Shown here: one piece after another, positions 11,150 to 24,600 of the stretch
Position numbering within the stretch: the first letter of the stretch is position 1
How the letters are laid out: each line of letters begins with the position of its first letter
Origin: Tubulanus polymorphus
Taxonomy: Eukaryota; Animalia; Nemertea
NCBI RefSeq assembly: GCF_964204645.1
Contig: NC_134034.1
Location: forward strand, 5,244,914-5,308,913
DNA: 64,000 nucleotides
Direction: 5' to 3'
Program-made: the position numbers and the translations under genes
The notes under the pieces: model-generated
Databases searched by the model: none
Seen by the model: the letters and a program-made list of their open reading frames with translations, nothing else
Told to the model about the DNA's origin: nothing

Positions 11150-13279
11150 CTCTACAGAACGGATACTTTTCTTCAATGATTCTTGAATCTGAATTAATAC
11201 TGCAAGGACCAGACAAAATCCAACCAACATGGCTTTTCTGTGCCACTAGTGCACCATCATCGTCCTTCATCGAACAGTCCATCATGATTCTTAACGTGTC
11301 TTCGATTCCCAACAGTATATCAACGCTCGCCTCCCCTCGTGGGAATTTGTCAGCGAACAGTAAGTTTTTAAACTTAGGAATGGTAGAAATGTCCACATCA
11401 ACTGAACCTAGGTCAGCACATGGCTTGTCTAAGACGTAAGCAACAACTTCGAAAACTTCACCACCCAATCAGGAATAATACTGGACACATGAAGTTTTAC
11501 CTTCTGAGTTTTAATCTTCATACTTCAACCACCAGCTAAAGTAAATTCTGCATCAACTTTCGGACCTTGCAAATTCAACTGTTTAGCTGCAACAGTTCGA
11601 ATAAAGGACACACCGCTACCTGTGTCAAACAAACATCTACCAGTAATTTCACTAGACTTTGATATCAAATTAACAAGACCACTTTGCATTACAATCTTCC
11701 TGGGTCCTTGTACGACCTTGACAAGACCACTAGCGCCCTTTACTTTGGTTACTTCATCATCGTTATCATCAGCTAGATTAGACTCATTAGACCTTGAATC
11801 TGTAGACTGCTTTTTCTCATGTTCATTTCTTGATGTTTCTCTGTGTAGTATATCGCAATGCCTCTTTTTACATTTTCTGCATCTCATCTTGCTGTGACAT
11901 TGACGAGCATTGTGACTTCTTTTTAGACAGTTGGAACATGCATTACTTCTTTTTACGCAGTCTGCCCGTTCAGGAACTGACATTTTCTTCATATCATCAC
12001 ATATCAGTGGCGAGTGAGGTTTACTACAAAATATACATGTCTTAGTGTTATCATCAGATTCTTCAGTACTGGAAATTTGAAGAGAATGCCCTGTGGCTGT
12101 AGTACTAGATCTCCGAGGTTGAAATCTCTTTTCTACATGTAATTTACCACCACCACCCTTTTCTCCGTCTGATCTTCGAGCTACAGTGAGCGCATCTTGT
12201 ATCTTGTTTAACATGTGGTCAAACCTCATCGGAAGATTTGAAGTGGTATATTCATCAGTAGATTGTTCACCGTCATTATTTTCATCTCTTTTCTCATTCC
12301 TGAGTGAATCAGATTCCCATTTTCGAACCAACGACTTTGGCAGTTTTGGTCGAACTAATGATGTTAACACCCAGCTACTCTTAATAAGATGTACATCAGA
12401 CTCTGTCTTCTTCATCAAATAATTCCAGCAAGATAATAACTTGGTATAGAGAGGATCCAAGTCCTTTACACTTAATGTCATTGCTGGCTCAATCGCTGAA
12501 ATATCAACAATGGCTTTCTGTAGCCTTGTGTGAACATCCCCATACTTGTTGTCTAGAGCCTTCATGATGTTGTCATAGGTTGGATTACGTAACGCCAAAA
12601 CTAGTTTCTTAGCATCTCCGTCCACCAGTGTCTTGACTAGATGTGCCTTCTCAACATCAGAGTAACCTGGTTTCTCTACTTCTGCTTCCACCAATTCTAC
12701 CCACGACTCAAATTGATCGAGTTCACCCTTGAATATAGGAATTTGTATTTCCCGCTTCCTTTGAGTCAATGTATCAAGGATTTGTTGAAGTTGGTCGCCT
12801 GTAATACCAGTATTCATCTCCTTGAAGGCATCAGCAAGCCCTTTAGTAAAATCTGCGGCTGATACTATACTTCGTCGTTCAGGACTGACCTGTCTCGAAG
12901 CTTTACTTTTTTCTTTCTTATAGACCTTGGCTTCAAGATTTGATAATTTTGCCAACATGTCGAAATAATTTTCCTTGTACAGGTTTTCAGTCTTTTCTTC
13001 CTTTTCAACATCTTCTTTAGACATTTTCTTTAACCGTTCTTCATTTTCTTGATTGTAATCAGTCTTGTCTTGAACGACCTCTAGTGCCTCATAGACTGTC
13101 TGTAAGTTGGCTCTTGCTGCTATAGCCTTTGCGATAGCTACTTGGGCCTCATCATGTTTTCCACCATCATACAAAGTTTCTGCTTTGATGCGCAGGTCAT
13201 CAACAAACTTATGCGTCTGCGTAAACTTTCGACGAGCAATAGGTCTACTGTCAAGAAACTTTTGTAGATTATCAGCCAT
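11150..13279 (-). pseudogene. BEL/Pao gag-protease polyprotein region
   Basis: 584-aa ORF with gag core, knuckles CIFCSKPHSPLIC / CSNCLKRSHNARQC / CRKCKKRHCDILH and LFDTGS protease; in-frame TGA at 11525 and a frameshift near 11468. Confidence 0.92.
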
Positions 13280-14322
13280 TTTAATTCTTAAATATAGCGG
13301 CTAATATGAAGCAATACTTTGAACTTTGTGTTCTTAACCTTTAAATATTATACTTTAACTTAAATCTAATAATAGACTAAATTTAAAACTTCTTTGACTT
13401 TAATCTGTAGAATAACTTAAAAACTTATAGCTATAGTAACTTAAATTATCTTAAACTTTGTGTAACAAGTTTATTATAATAAACCTGATGATTTATACGT
13501 ATACGCTGACGAGCGCTTCTGTACCCAGTACTTAAAACATAAACCGCACCCTGTGTGCAAGAACTTTAGTACCAAATACTGGCAAACTGAAGTACAAAAA
13601 CACTTTTCAGGTATTTACATAAAACGTATAAACTTGTCTTGGCACCTTGTGTGCAAAACTTATAACCTTATATAAACTTATATTAATTATGCTGCTTTTA
13701 CTTAGCATAAACTTTGAAACCTTAAATCAACAAGCACACCTGTATCCCTAAAATTATAACTTTACGAGCACCTTATGTGCAGCGAACTAGAGTGCAATTC
13801 TGAGCACTGGGATACAAATAGACTTATGACTTTATAGCACCTTATGTGCAATTCTTTACCCTAACGTACTGCGACAAAAACACCTCTGTACCTCCTTAAA
13901 AGCTGCACCGTTCTTGTGTGCAGGAAAACTTTAAATATCAATATCACTAACTTGAGATATAAAAGCACTCCTGGTGTATCTTACATAGCTTAACACATTT
14001 AGGGTTTTATACATACATAAACTTGGCATGGAGAGCTCATTTAATTGAAAACTTCATGGCTAGCGCACCTGTACAGATTCTAACGACAAAAATATGAATT
14101 AAAACAACTTGACACAAAGTGCAGAATATTTATGCCCACTTTACTATCAGTACAGATACACCTTCCAGAGCAGAGGACTGTATAATGACATAATAGCTTG
14201 ACCAGGCTTTTTGGTCTTGAGTGAACACCTTAAATTTAAGTGCTCATATTTTGTTAGTTAAAAACATTAAAAAAACCACAAAAACCCAGCAAAGTAATTC
14301 TGAACATCCTTATCAACATTTA

Positions 14323-14340
14323 TCCGGCTCGATTGGACCA
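14323..14340 (-). promoter_or_regulatory. Primer-binding site of the BEL element (tRNA-Tyr-like)
   Basis: Minus strand reads ...GGTAACA-TT-TGGTCCAATCGAGCCGGA, close to the typical BEL PBS TGGTCCTTCGAGCCGGA. Confidence 0.8.
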
Positions 14341-14342
14341 AA

Positions 14343-14800
14343 TGTTACCTTTGGTCATAAAGATTACTTTGGATATTTCTTGATTATCTCTTGGGAGGCC
14401 TCCATTCTCCTTCCTGAAGCATGTTCTGCTTACTTCCTCTTTTTTTGGGTGGCAGCACCGTCTGGTACTATCTTAAAATTACTTTGCTTCTTAACTTCAA
14501 AACTAACTAACTTAGAGCTACGGGAACATGTGTTAATTTATCAACATTGTCACTCTACAGATCAATGGAGAACCTAGGCAATAAATCTATCAACACTGAA
14601 TGCTGAACCCACAGTTACTGGTGTATCTGGTGTATATTATTTATACCGCACGGTTTTGCTGGTCGTATTAAGACCAAACTGAGATGTGACTTATCGAAAA
14701 AAGGAGCACGAATTAGCCGTAATAGTCAGCTGAATAGTCATCTATTTATCCTTCACTCTGTGCGAATAGTTCATATTAACCCGCGGGTGGCGCCATTTAT
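14343..14800 (-). repeat. 5' LTR of the BEL element (3' CA end at 14343; far end probably cut by the LINE)
   Basis: CA dinucleotide 2 nt before the PBS; the second LTR is not in the window, so the outer boundary is approximate. Confidence 0.55.
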
Positions 14801-14804
14801 GATG

Positions 14805-16390
14805 TTTTTTTTTATATCTTAAGTTTATTTGCCGTAAAAGCTGAGCGGCCGGTTGTAGCTCCATAACAAACTAAATCACACCCACTGGAGTCAGGTGGGG
14901 GACTGATCAGTTTTAGAAAATAGAATATTTGAATTCTAAATTACAGGATAATTAAACATAATATTATACATATATAGTAAACTCCAAGCTCCGCTTCAAT
15001 AGATGTTAAGACATCTTGCGGCTGAGGCTTATACAAAATATTAAAATTTTCCGTAAAAATTTGCTTTAAGCACTGTTCTCATTCTTAGTTGGTTGATGTA
15101 TCAAAGTTATAAATACATCATGTACATAAGATATAGAAAAAAAAGTTAATTATTCGCACTTTATGAAATTTTTATGTAATTTTTGGATCCAACCTTGGAC
15201 CTTTTGATCTTTTTTTGGTAGATATTTTTTTTTTTTACAAAGGTATGAGTACAAGATTTTATTTATACATAGTATATTACAGCCAAAAAGCAATAAAATA
15301 GAAAAAGGGAAAAGAAATACATACAAAATTTACAACTTACAAAAAAAATTTACAGCTTAACAATAAAAAGATATGGGATTATTTTTTTATTACATAAAAT
15401 CTAGACTTGCACCCAAAATTTACAGTTTACAGATTTCCTTTTATCCGGTATAAATTATTTTAAAGTCTGTCTATGCTGTTTAGAGATTCGTCGTTTATTT
15501 TGTATTCATCCCCCCTGATTTTGATCAATGTTTCATTTTTTTCCAACTTTCAATATTTCTAAAATGGGTTAGCTCTTGATATAATCTATTTTTCATAAAG
15601 TTTCTCAAGTAATTTTTTAGATCAATCGCATTTTCGCCTGTACATAAATTTCGGTGGTTTTTATATAAGGTCCACTTCAGGACATTTAAAATGTAATTGT
15701 ATAAATCTCGATTTATTTGATCTCTCACAATGTCCTTTGGAATACCGAGATAGATTAATCTTTTTCTCAAAGTAATCGATTGTTCTGCTACCCCATCTAT
15801 GATGGTTTGATATCTCCTGAAGAGATCAACCGCAGCCGGACATTCAATTACTACATGCGCATTCGTAGAGGCTCGGCCACATACTTTACACCTAGGATCG
15901 TTTGATAGGTTCCACGTGACAAGTTTTTGTGCTGTGGCTAAGCTTTTGTCTAGGATTGAGTTATATACATCTTTCCATGTTTGGGCCCATTTAGCACATC
16001 GTTTATTTTAGCTTGGCCAACCGCGGTCATATTACCGAAACTATTTGCTAACTATTATGATTAAGTCATAAATCTGTCGTATCTGTGCATTGACAACAGG
16101 TTTTCGGTGATTTCCAATAAGGAAGGTACATACAGATTTATTTGTGTCTTCCAACGATCCATCGCTCATAGTGGCATGCCAATCTTGTGGTATTGCCCGA
16201 AATATGCGATCATGTTTAGTGGCATTTTTTAGAATGGGACTAAAAGCATCAATTTCTAGAAAGTTTCCAAAATTATCAAATAGATCTTTCACGGTTATAA
16301 TTCCGAGTCCTATGTAATCAGGGTAGTTTAAACTTCTTCCGTTTATAGTTATTGATGGATTGTTGAAAATGGGTTGGTTCTTTATATTAT
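14805..16390 (-). mobile_element. 5'-truncated L1/Tx1-clade LINE (ORF2 C-terminus, 3' UTR, polyA)
   Basis: Minus strand reads LATAQKLVTWNLSNDPRCKVCGRASTNAHVVIECP (zf-RVT CCHC) and QPIFNNPSITINGRSL...GIITVKDL; T-run at about 14805 is the polyA tail. Confidence 0.75.
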
Positions 16391-17131
16391 GTATCGAGAG
16401 GCCTGGTTCGGCTGGTCCGTGTTTTTGGAAAAATTATTCCGCGATATGACAACACCGCAAAACCTGCTTCTCCATGCGCGCCAGTGCCTTGGCCGACAAA
16501 GGGTATCCCCGTGAAAAAAAACCCGTAACTACTTTTTATAATAAAAATGCAGAAATTCCGTGTTTTTGGCAAATTCCAAGATTTCATGATTCTGCGATAT
16601 GACAACACCGTTATTTCAGGGCCAGTTTCCAGGGTGAGATCTTTGTCCGAAAGGTCTTTGCCCCCCCTCAGGATATGATCAATCGAAGAATCTGATTGAC
16701 ATCCCGTGTTCCACTTTTATTACCGTCAATCTATAGTAAACTCTGTGAATGAGGTTTACCATCTAAAGTCTTGGTTCACCTTGACTTATTGCTTCACCAT
16801 ATTTACGAATTTAAAAGTTTCTATCGGTACAGGGATGTATGCATATGACTGGTGGGTTTCTTTAGCTTCAAATCAAGCAAACAGTTCATTGGCAAGTAAT
16901 AGATTTTGATACTTATTTAACAATTTATCGATATTACAAGATTTTATTTTTAGACTTTCGTTAAGATATTTTATTTTGTCTAAATGTCTTTTTTAGCTTT
17001 TGATTAACAGTTCATTTTCTTTCATTAAGGTTGCATGAGTACGCTTGGGCTCTACAAATAATCCGGAACTAGATTTCAATTGACACCGCTTGTTCCACCA
17101 GATGCGTGTAATGAAAGTTACGGTAGGTTTC

Positions 17132-17455
17132 ATGCAGCATTTTTCTCGGACTGCAGAGTAAACCAGCGACAACCAAGAAGACAAAACTAAACGTTGATAA
17201 TGTTCATATTTCTTCGTTTCTATTCACAACCATAAATCTATTACATCTCAACATTTCTTTTAATTGCCAGAATCAAAACCTCATATACAATTTTAGTGAT
17301 GACATGTTATGACAAGGAGTAACCACGGACACTAATTGTCCAAACAACTCAACCCAAACAACTCAACATACATAATACTTAACCAGACATGTCAATTCTT
17401 AAAATCACATCATTAATCGAGATCAAACAAACTATGTAATTTACAGCATGAAATC
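17132..17455. repeat. Direct repeat copy 1 (about 325 bp), paired with 18159-18487
   Basis: Near-identical text ATGCAGCATTTTTCTCGGACTGCAGAG...TTACAGCATGAAATC. Confidence 0.9.
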
Positions 17456-17879
17456 ACTCCCTTCCACGCAAAAACTTTCTCCGAAAGTTAAAAGATTAAA
17501 TGATAATAATAAGTGAATTTGGCAGCACTACGTCTCAGTTTAAAATCAATTTACTATTACAAAAGATAAAATCCCAAACGTATAGTGTCATACTCAGGAT
17601 GCACAGGTAGCTGTCCCATTATTATATCACCTGGCACTATAAACTCTTTTCCACCACGATTAATATATATAACTACAACATCATCCTGTTGAACTCCTGA
17701 TATATCTTCCTCAAATGCCTCTCGCAATAATTCAACCTTAGCATCTGAATTGATATCTACATCTACCGGAAACTCTAGCTTGTCGTGCTTTCTGTGTCTC
17801 ACGCCGGTCACGCCGGGCTTGACTAATAGAGCTTTGCACCAGCTTGGTATTTAAATTCTGTGTTATCTCCTGATCAGTT

Positions 17880-18167
17880 TCAAATTTTCCAGCAAACCAT
17901 CCTTGATGTTCCCCAAAAAATATAGCACGTTCTGGCATAATGTCCGCATTTCCCGCAGTTGTACAAATTTTTCAGTTTCGCATGACAATAATTTCTTTTA
18001 TGACCCCAAATTTTGTTAACTACAAATTCACAACCGAAACATTTCTTCTTTCGAAAATTTTGACGTCTCCTTGGTCTAGTTGGCCAAACCATCTCAGCGA
18101 GACGTTGATCGTAGGGACGGTTAAGAAACCGGCCCTGCCCGGGTTCTCCACCAATTTTATGCAGCAT
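17880..18167 (-). pseudogene. Gag-like double zinc-knuckle fragment
   Basis: CFGC...H...CHAK..LYNCGKCGHYARTC resembles the Gypsy gag CxxC..H..CPA..CxxCGKxGHxAxxC pattern. Confidence 0.45.
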
Positions 18168-18487
18168 TTTTCTCGGACTGCAGAGTTAAACAGCGACAAC
18201 CAAGAAGTCAAAACTAAACGTTGATAATGTTCATATTTCTTCGTTTCTATTCTCTACCATAAATCTATTACATCTCAACATTTCTTTTAATTGTCAGAAT
18301 CAAAACCTTATATACAATTTTAGTGATGACATGTTATGACAAGGAGTAACCACGGACACTAATTGTCCAAACAACTCAAACAACCCAAACAACTCAACAT
18401 ACATAATTACTTAACCAGACATGTCAATTCTCAAAATAACAACATCAATCGAGATTAAACAAACTATGTAATTTACAGCATGAAATC
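18159..18487. repeat. Direct repeat copy 2, ending about 100 bp upstream of the GPCR ATG
   Basis: Matches 17132-17455. Confidence 0.9.
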
Positions 18488-18589
18488 GGTAACAATGTCA
18501 GACATAATGGTAATACCTTATATGGAAATACAGATAGATAAATATAAACGGCCAATCATCCTCTATGTCAACTGATAGTAGAGGTTATC

Positions 18590-19531
18590 ATGCAGAATGT
18601 TACGGACTTCGATGTTCCATTCTTTACAACGCTATTAAACGAGCTCCCCAAGACGAGTCCCGATAGTCTTAGGTGGATGAAAATATGTGTTATACCATTC
18701 ATTTTACTGTTTGGACTGTTAGGAAATACATTCAGTCTGATAATCATGAATAGTAACAGATTTTGTAAATCGTCTTACTCTCAGTATCTAGCTACTCTGG
18801 CTGTATTCGACACGTTCACTCTCATTGTATTCTGTATTCCGTGGATCAACATAATGAACTTCTCTCGTGTATTCCTTAAAGTCACTAGTCGTTTTGGGTG
18901 TTCGGCGTATGAATACTTCGGTATCGTTTCTGATGTTCTCAGTTCCTGGCTTGTTGTAATCGTTACACTAGAGAGGCTTGTTATAGTGATTTTCCCATTT
19001 ACATCTCGAGTTATCGCAACACCTTCTTTTGCGAGACGTGTTACTGTATTTATTATAATTACTGTATCCAGCGTTTGGTCATATATATTATTTGTCGTCA
19101 AATACGATCCGATAATAGAAATGTGCGTCATGACCAGATACTGGTACAAGGTACACTATGGAATTGGTTGTTTTTTCATTACCTATGTTCCGATATGTTC
19201 AATCGTTTTGATGAATGTGGCTATAGTAGCCACCCTCAAAAGTCGCACTGTTTTGGGAAAAGTAAAAAATACCCACAAAACTACGAATAAAGCTACGCGC
19301 GTTGTATTAACCATTTCATTTGTTTTTGCAGCACTTACAGCCCCCCTGGCAGTAACTGGGTTTGTTTCGTCCGTTATCAACATCCCACCTAAAGTTATTA
19401 GTTTCACATATGAAATCACAGGTACAGTTTACAGTGTCAACTGTGCTGTCAACTTCTATATATATCTGCTCACAGGGGACGATGTGAGAAAGTTTGTCAA
19501 GGATAGAATGCGGAAGATGGCTAGATATTGA
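18590..19531 (+). CDS. Intronless rhodopsin-like (class A) GPCR, peptide-receptor/chemoreceptor-like
   Basis: 313 aa, seven hydrophobic helices; GLLGN (TM1), YLATLAVFD (TM2), TLERL (DRY variant), NCAVNFYIY (TM7). Confidence 0.9.
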   Translation: MQNVTDFDVPFFTTLLNELPKTSPDSLRWMKICVIPFILLFGLLGNTFSLIIMNSNRFCKSSYSQYLATLAVFDTFTLIVFCIPWINIMNFSRVFLKVTSRFGCSAYEYFGIVSDVLSSWLVVIVTLERLVIVIFPFTSRVIATPSFARRVTVFIIITVSSVWSYILFVVKYDPIIEMCVMTRYWYKVHYGIGCFFITYVPICSIVLMNVAIVATLKSRTVLGKVKNTHKTTNKATRVVLTISFVFAALTAPLAVTGFVSSVINIPPKVISFTYEITGTVYSVNCAVNFYIYLLTGDDVRKFVKDRMRKMARY

Positions 19532-22047
19532 TCCCATGATGCATCATCCATCCATTAGGTATAGCACGCAGACTCCAATCTATCTAATATTTAAAACCCA
19601 ATTGCAATAAATATATGTGTCTCAATGATGGACACTTAGGGCATTAGTGGTAGTGCATTAATGGTAGTAAGACTAAGTGCATATGAACGCCACATGCATC
19701 TAGATTAGATATGTATATATGAGCTATAAAATGCGTATTGAATCACATTTAAGTCTGCCTTCGATCTCAAAACTGGTAAGTAAGCATTAAACTCGCATTT
19801 CATACACATAATTTTACATCGTCATTGGTTTAGCCATCGACGTAAGAACTAGCGATAGTTTATACGCCCATGGTTCAGCTGCCTCTGCGAGCCTTGAAAA
19901 GGTTGTAAACCGTTAGCTCGGAATAAACGTGAAACAGAAATGTTTTTCTGGCCCGATTCATTAGCGTGATGGTCAGTCAGTGCAGTAAAGCAAAAAACAC
20001 CGACACACTTAAACCAATCAAATGACAATTGGAAATAAAGGACCAATGGTGCAGTGGCTCGCCAAACTGGTGTCAAGTAAAAATCTGTCACGTAGGCTAC
20101 CGGTATGCAAAAATTCATTTCATTGAAAAATGAACAAGAAAAAAATATATAAAAAGGACTCAATTTTGATCAGTGTGAACTTTTAATGATAACTGACTTT
20201 TAACGAGTATGAAATCTTCGAAAAGTTGATTATGGGCCTTTTGTCTGAACAAATGTTTATAATTGTAATACATCCCTTGAATGATATAAAACAACTAAAA
20301 CTATGAGTGACCCGATAAGATACGGTACAAACTTGGTGAGAGCCTGGGTTTCATCGGAGGTTTACCAACAGGACAGAAGCTAGCTTCTCCAAAGTTCTTC
20401 AAATTTGATGCCAATCAGTGCCGGTTACTGACGAAACAAAGTTTATCGACTGACATAATATTTAATAATTTCACGATAGGATTGCTTTAAGTAGCTTACA
20501 TCTTCACTCAGACAAATCGTTGTTACGTGCGACCTACACCGTGGCGCTCGTACTCTATAACTGATACATACACGCAGTGAACACGAGAGTATAAGGCTAT
20601 ATTGCCTACGCGACTGTACACGACTTTTTTCAACGCGAACTCTCCACTGTGCCCCAGTTAACAAACTAATACAAATAATTTGGCTCCAAAACGGATCGCT
20701 AAATCGAACGTTAATAAAATTACTTCAATCAATGATGATAAAACAAGTATTTCAGTCGTGTAAATATCAAACTCATCTCTAAAATTTCGATGCTATCAGT
20801 GAATCAGCCGTGTGGCGAACACCGAAGTAAATTTCCTTATTTTGAAACCACATTTTCGTCAGATATCTTGATGAAACGTAAACTTACACACGGGATATCA
20901 AAACAAGATGAACACATCGCACACAGTAAATCGTTATATCATACGCCTTGAATATCAGTATTCGCGCTAGAAATGATGAATATCAACCCATTTTGTTTGT
21001 GAAATAACGCGCACCAGCTGATCTACCTCGTGCAATGTTATGACTTCATGACGGAAGTCAAAACCGGGTCAACACAAATTTTATAGAAACAAGATTTTGA
21101 GGGGTTTCGTCTTTGAAAGCCCAAAACTACCGAACCATGCGTCGGATCTTGGTGATATAATGTTCTTCCGACGCAAATTGCATTTTCACATATGTTATTT
21201 TGGACATTTAAAGATGCTGCATCAACAACGTGCTCAAATAAATCGAATTTTTGAAACTTTTTGGTAAATTTCTCAAAAAATATGAAACCCACGGCTTTCA
21301 ACTTTGCGTACCATAAAGAAAAACCAATTACGAAATATATTTTTGCTTAATCCGTTCAATTTGCCCATTACTAGTGAAATTACAAGTTACTGAAATTGCG
21401 TTTGAGTGTGCTAAAAATAGCTTCGAGCGTAGTGTGTTAAGCATACGAAAGATTATCGATCGGCCAGGCCGTTGACTGGCTCGCTAAGGCGAGTCAAAAA
21501 ACTATTCATCAGAATTTTCATTTGAATTATTTTGCCCAACACAAAAGCAATTTTGCTTACAGCACAGAAAACAATATGTAAACAATGTGTATAAATACAC
21601 TAATTCACGCAGGGTCAATATTATAATTAATCACAATTTCCTTAAATACTGCCACATCGAGGTGTTAAGAAAGGGCTTGCTTTTCTATTAAAAATTGTCA
21701 TAATGGGAGTCATATGACTACAAGGACCCCGTAAACTGGCTTAAGTTTTCCAGGTTGTTTGTAATTTTGTGAGACAGTGCCTGAATTTATGCTGCTAAGT
21801 ATTCGAAATAGTGAAATTGTTACAGTAGTATAGTACAGGAAACCAGGAAAATGAAAAAAAAAATATTTTATTTAATTTTCTTACGCTTAAAATACACGTG
21901 AAGCAAGAAATCTAATCAGTGTGTCTTGTCTCGACTTTTCCCCGCTGTGACGACTGACGTAGTCTATAGTGACGTTTTTGTTACGTATTACATAACTTAG
22001 GAACTCGCAAATTGGAGGCTCGGAACTCATGTACTCTAGATATCATC

Positions 22048-24600
22048 TCAGGGCTTCCATAGAGTTAAAAGCCAACTTGGTGTGGATTTAAACGGTTGCT
22101 GCTGCCTTTGTTGATAACCCGATACAATCAAGATGAAAAATGCCATTTGAAATAAAATTTTCTCCATTTTGGCATTCGATTGTGGGTTTTGCCCATTCAG
22201 ATTTACACACACAAAATAAAGAGACGAATTTGAGTTTTCACATTCCTTTGGCAGCATCACCAATCTGCTTTGATTTCTTAATCGACTACAAGGCAGCTCC
22301 AGTGGAACCATTTGTCACATACAGGTTGCTGCACTCAATCCTTGGTTCGTCTTTTAGGGGTCTATCATTAAATGTTTCCTCTGTTCAATTAACGATCTCT
22401 TAGCAGGAATGATTTGAATAATCATAATTAACATAAAATGGTAAGATTGAGTACCTTCTTTGCATACAAAATAAAAGGCAATTTCGTCTTCGTCGGTTAC
22501 AGAAACTACGCGGTTGCAATCAAGTGGTAACGATACTACAGGGTGTCCCAGAGATTTCTATACATAAAGAATTGCTCTCCCTACTTTCATTTTTATGATA
22601 GATACACCAAACTTATACCAGAAATAGATGAAGGTGATAAGTCTAATTATGTTAATCAACAATCATTTTATTTCAGACATTTAACAAGATATGCTCAATT
22701 TGTGATCCCGTAAATTTTTTTCTACTGTTCGTCTTTTAACAAAAATATTTACATTCAAATATTCAAAAGTTGTTGGTGTGCCTTTATTGACATTGTCTTT
22801 GATATATCTCAAAAAATAATCAAGGGGTTATGGGTCAGGTGAATTGGGGGCCAGTATGAGGACGTGACAGTCTCTCCAAAATATTACGCTTACCTTTAAA
22901 ATAAATGAGAAACAAGAACGGATCAACGTAACGTCTAGCTGTATTCTGTCGATGGAATAATGAATATCTATACAAGTTCATATAAAGATATCGTAGCATA
23001 AAAATACAGGTTATATAATAATATTAATCATGTTGAAAATCATAGGTGTAATATATGAGGCCTTATAATATATTTCTTATAATGACAATTACTTTAAATT
23101 TAGAAAATTAAATATCTACAAGTTAATTTAAAAACATTGAACTATAAGTCACTTTTAAAAATATTTGAACTACATGAAATTCATGTATTCATGTAATTCA
23201 TTGAATGCGCTTACCTTTAAAATAAATGAGAAACAAGAAGGGATCAACGTAACGTCTAGCTGTATTCTGTCGATGGAATAATGAATGATCAAACTCTATT
23301 TTCCAGAGTTTATATTCCATCGGCAGAACACCAGCTGAGACATGCGTTGATCGGTTCTTGACAAGTTGGCGCGTTAATTATTGATAATCGTTAAAACGAC
23401 CGAGTTGTCACCAATACTCAGGTGTCCAGACATTGTAGTCTGCCCAACAACAAGACTAAGACCAATCTGTTAATTATTGATGACATGTTGGTGCAAACTA
23501 ATTAACATGAAATAAACCTGAGAACTGAGAACTAATTATTCATGGCAACAATTTACAATTAATATGAAATATGATATGAAAGAATATTTGAAATAATATA
23601 ATAAGAATTCTTTTGTTTTGATAATACAAGAAATACAGATTAAATGATGAAGGGTGAAATTATAAGTTATGTACGGCATGATACCAGCCATTCACTCTGG
23701 AGTGATATGATTCTCTTTCCAGAATTCTGACGTAGAACATCTAATGTAAGTTTCACAGTATGGGCTAGGTGGCAGTTAAGGGCAACAAGAGACAATGTTG
23801 TCAAGGAGACACCAATCTGGTCACCATGGCAACGGAACAAAACTTACTGATGCCCGACGTCTGACCAAGTATCAAAATGATTGATCAATGTGTGTAGATT
23901 CTAGAGCAATTCTTTATTGCATAGTTTTTTCTTGGGCACCCTATATATGGATGATCTGCATAGCCAGCTCATCAATATTCTTAAACATTTTCTTTCCACA
24001 AATACTTCTCGCTGAGCCCATCGCCCACGAACGATAAAAGAATTGCTCACCTAAAATTCGGTTGTCTGATTTTCAATTTAAATTTTCTATTCTCTCAATT
24101 AGAACTCACTTGATTGAAATTAGACATGACGTCTTCCTTCAGCCATTTGTGACAGAACACGTTTTTTTCATACCAAGTACGGCGATCTCCTTGGCTTTCT
24201 TCTTTAAAGTATTTGTCAAGTACGTCCTAAGAATTAGCATTAAACATCATACATAAATTCATTTTCTACATAAAATCTTATTACTGGTAAAATAATATCA
24301 AATGGTAACATGTATGATAATTTCCCATTTGCGGAATCCTTGTAGTACGACGGTTAATACTTCTAAGCTGCTCAGCTCGTGACCATCAGCACCAATTCTC
24401 GCTCACGGCGCAGACTTCAATCACTCGACTGCCATGCCATCGCAGTAACATGGGATGCTGTAAACGCCATTTGGTTTCTTTGGCACGTCGTTTGATTGCA
24501 AGTACTGTTCCTATGTGGCAATAGTTCCTGCAGTAGTAGATGAGTTTTCCTCTGTCAAACATGCGAATCTACAAATATATTTTACATGAATATGTAGCTT
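22048..24600 (-). pseudogene. Degenerate second copy of the AcademHP-like transposase (PHD and GDGM regions)
   Basis: Colinear similarity to 29370-30560, including introns; many stops. Confidence 0.75.
22539..23943. mobile_element. Tc1/mariner non-autonomous remnant inserted in the degenerate Academ copy
   Basis: TA-CAGGGTGTCCCA...TGGGCACCCTA-TA; flanks rejoin to match 29815-29840; internal ~80-bp duplication (about 22887 and 23208). Confidence 0.7.

Larger units (their letters stand above)
1..14800 (-). mobile_element. BEL/Pao LTR retrotransposon, decayed, split by a nested DNA transposon at 1359-11149; 3' part runs off the left edge
   Basis: Gag with CCHC knuckles, protease LFDTGS, W-E-L-E-x-I-G-I linker, RT motifs (WYLPHHPV, ADIEKMFHQI, FGIKSSPF, FVDD), PBS next to an LTR end. 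Confidence 0.92.

Noticed and set aside
17132-18487. Direct repeats as bona fide LTRs
   Set aside because: No convincing TG..CA boundaries with TSD, PBS or polypurine tract; kept only as an unexplained duplication.
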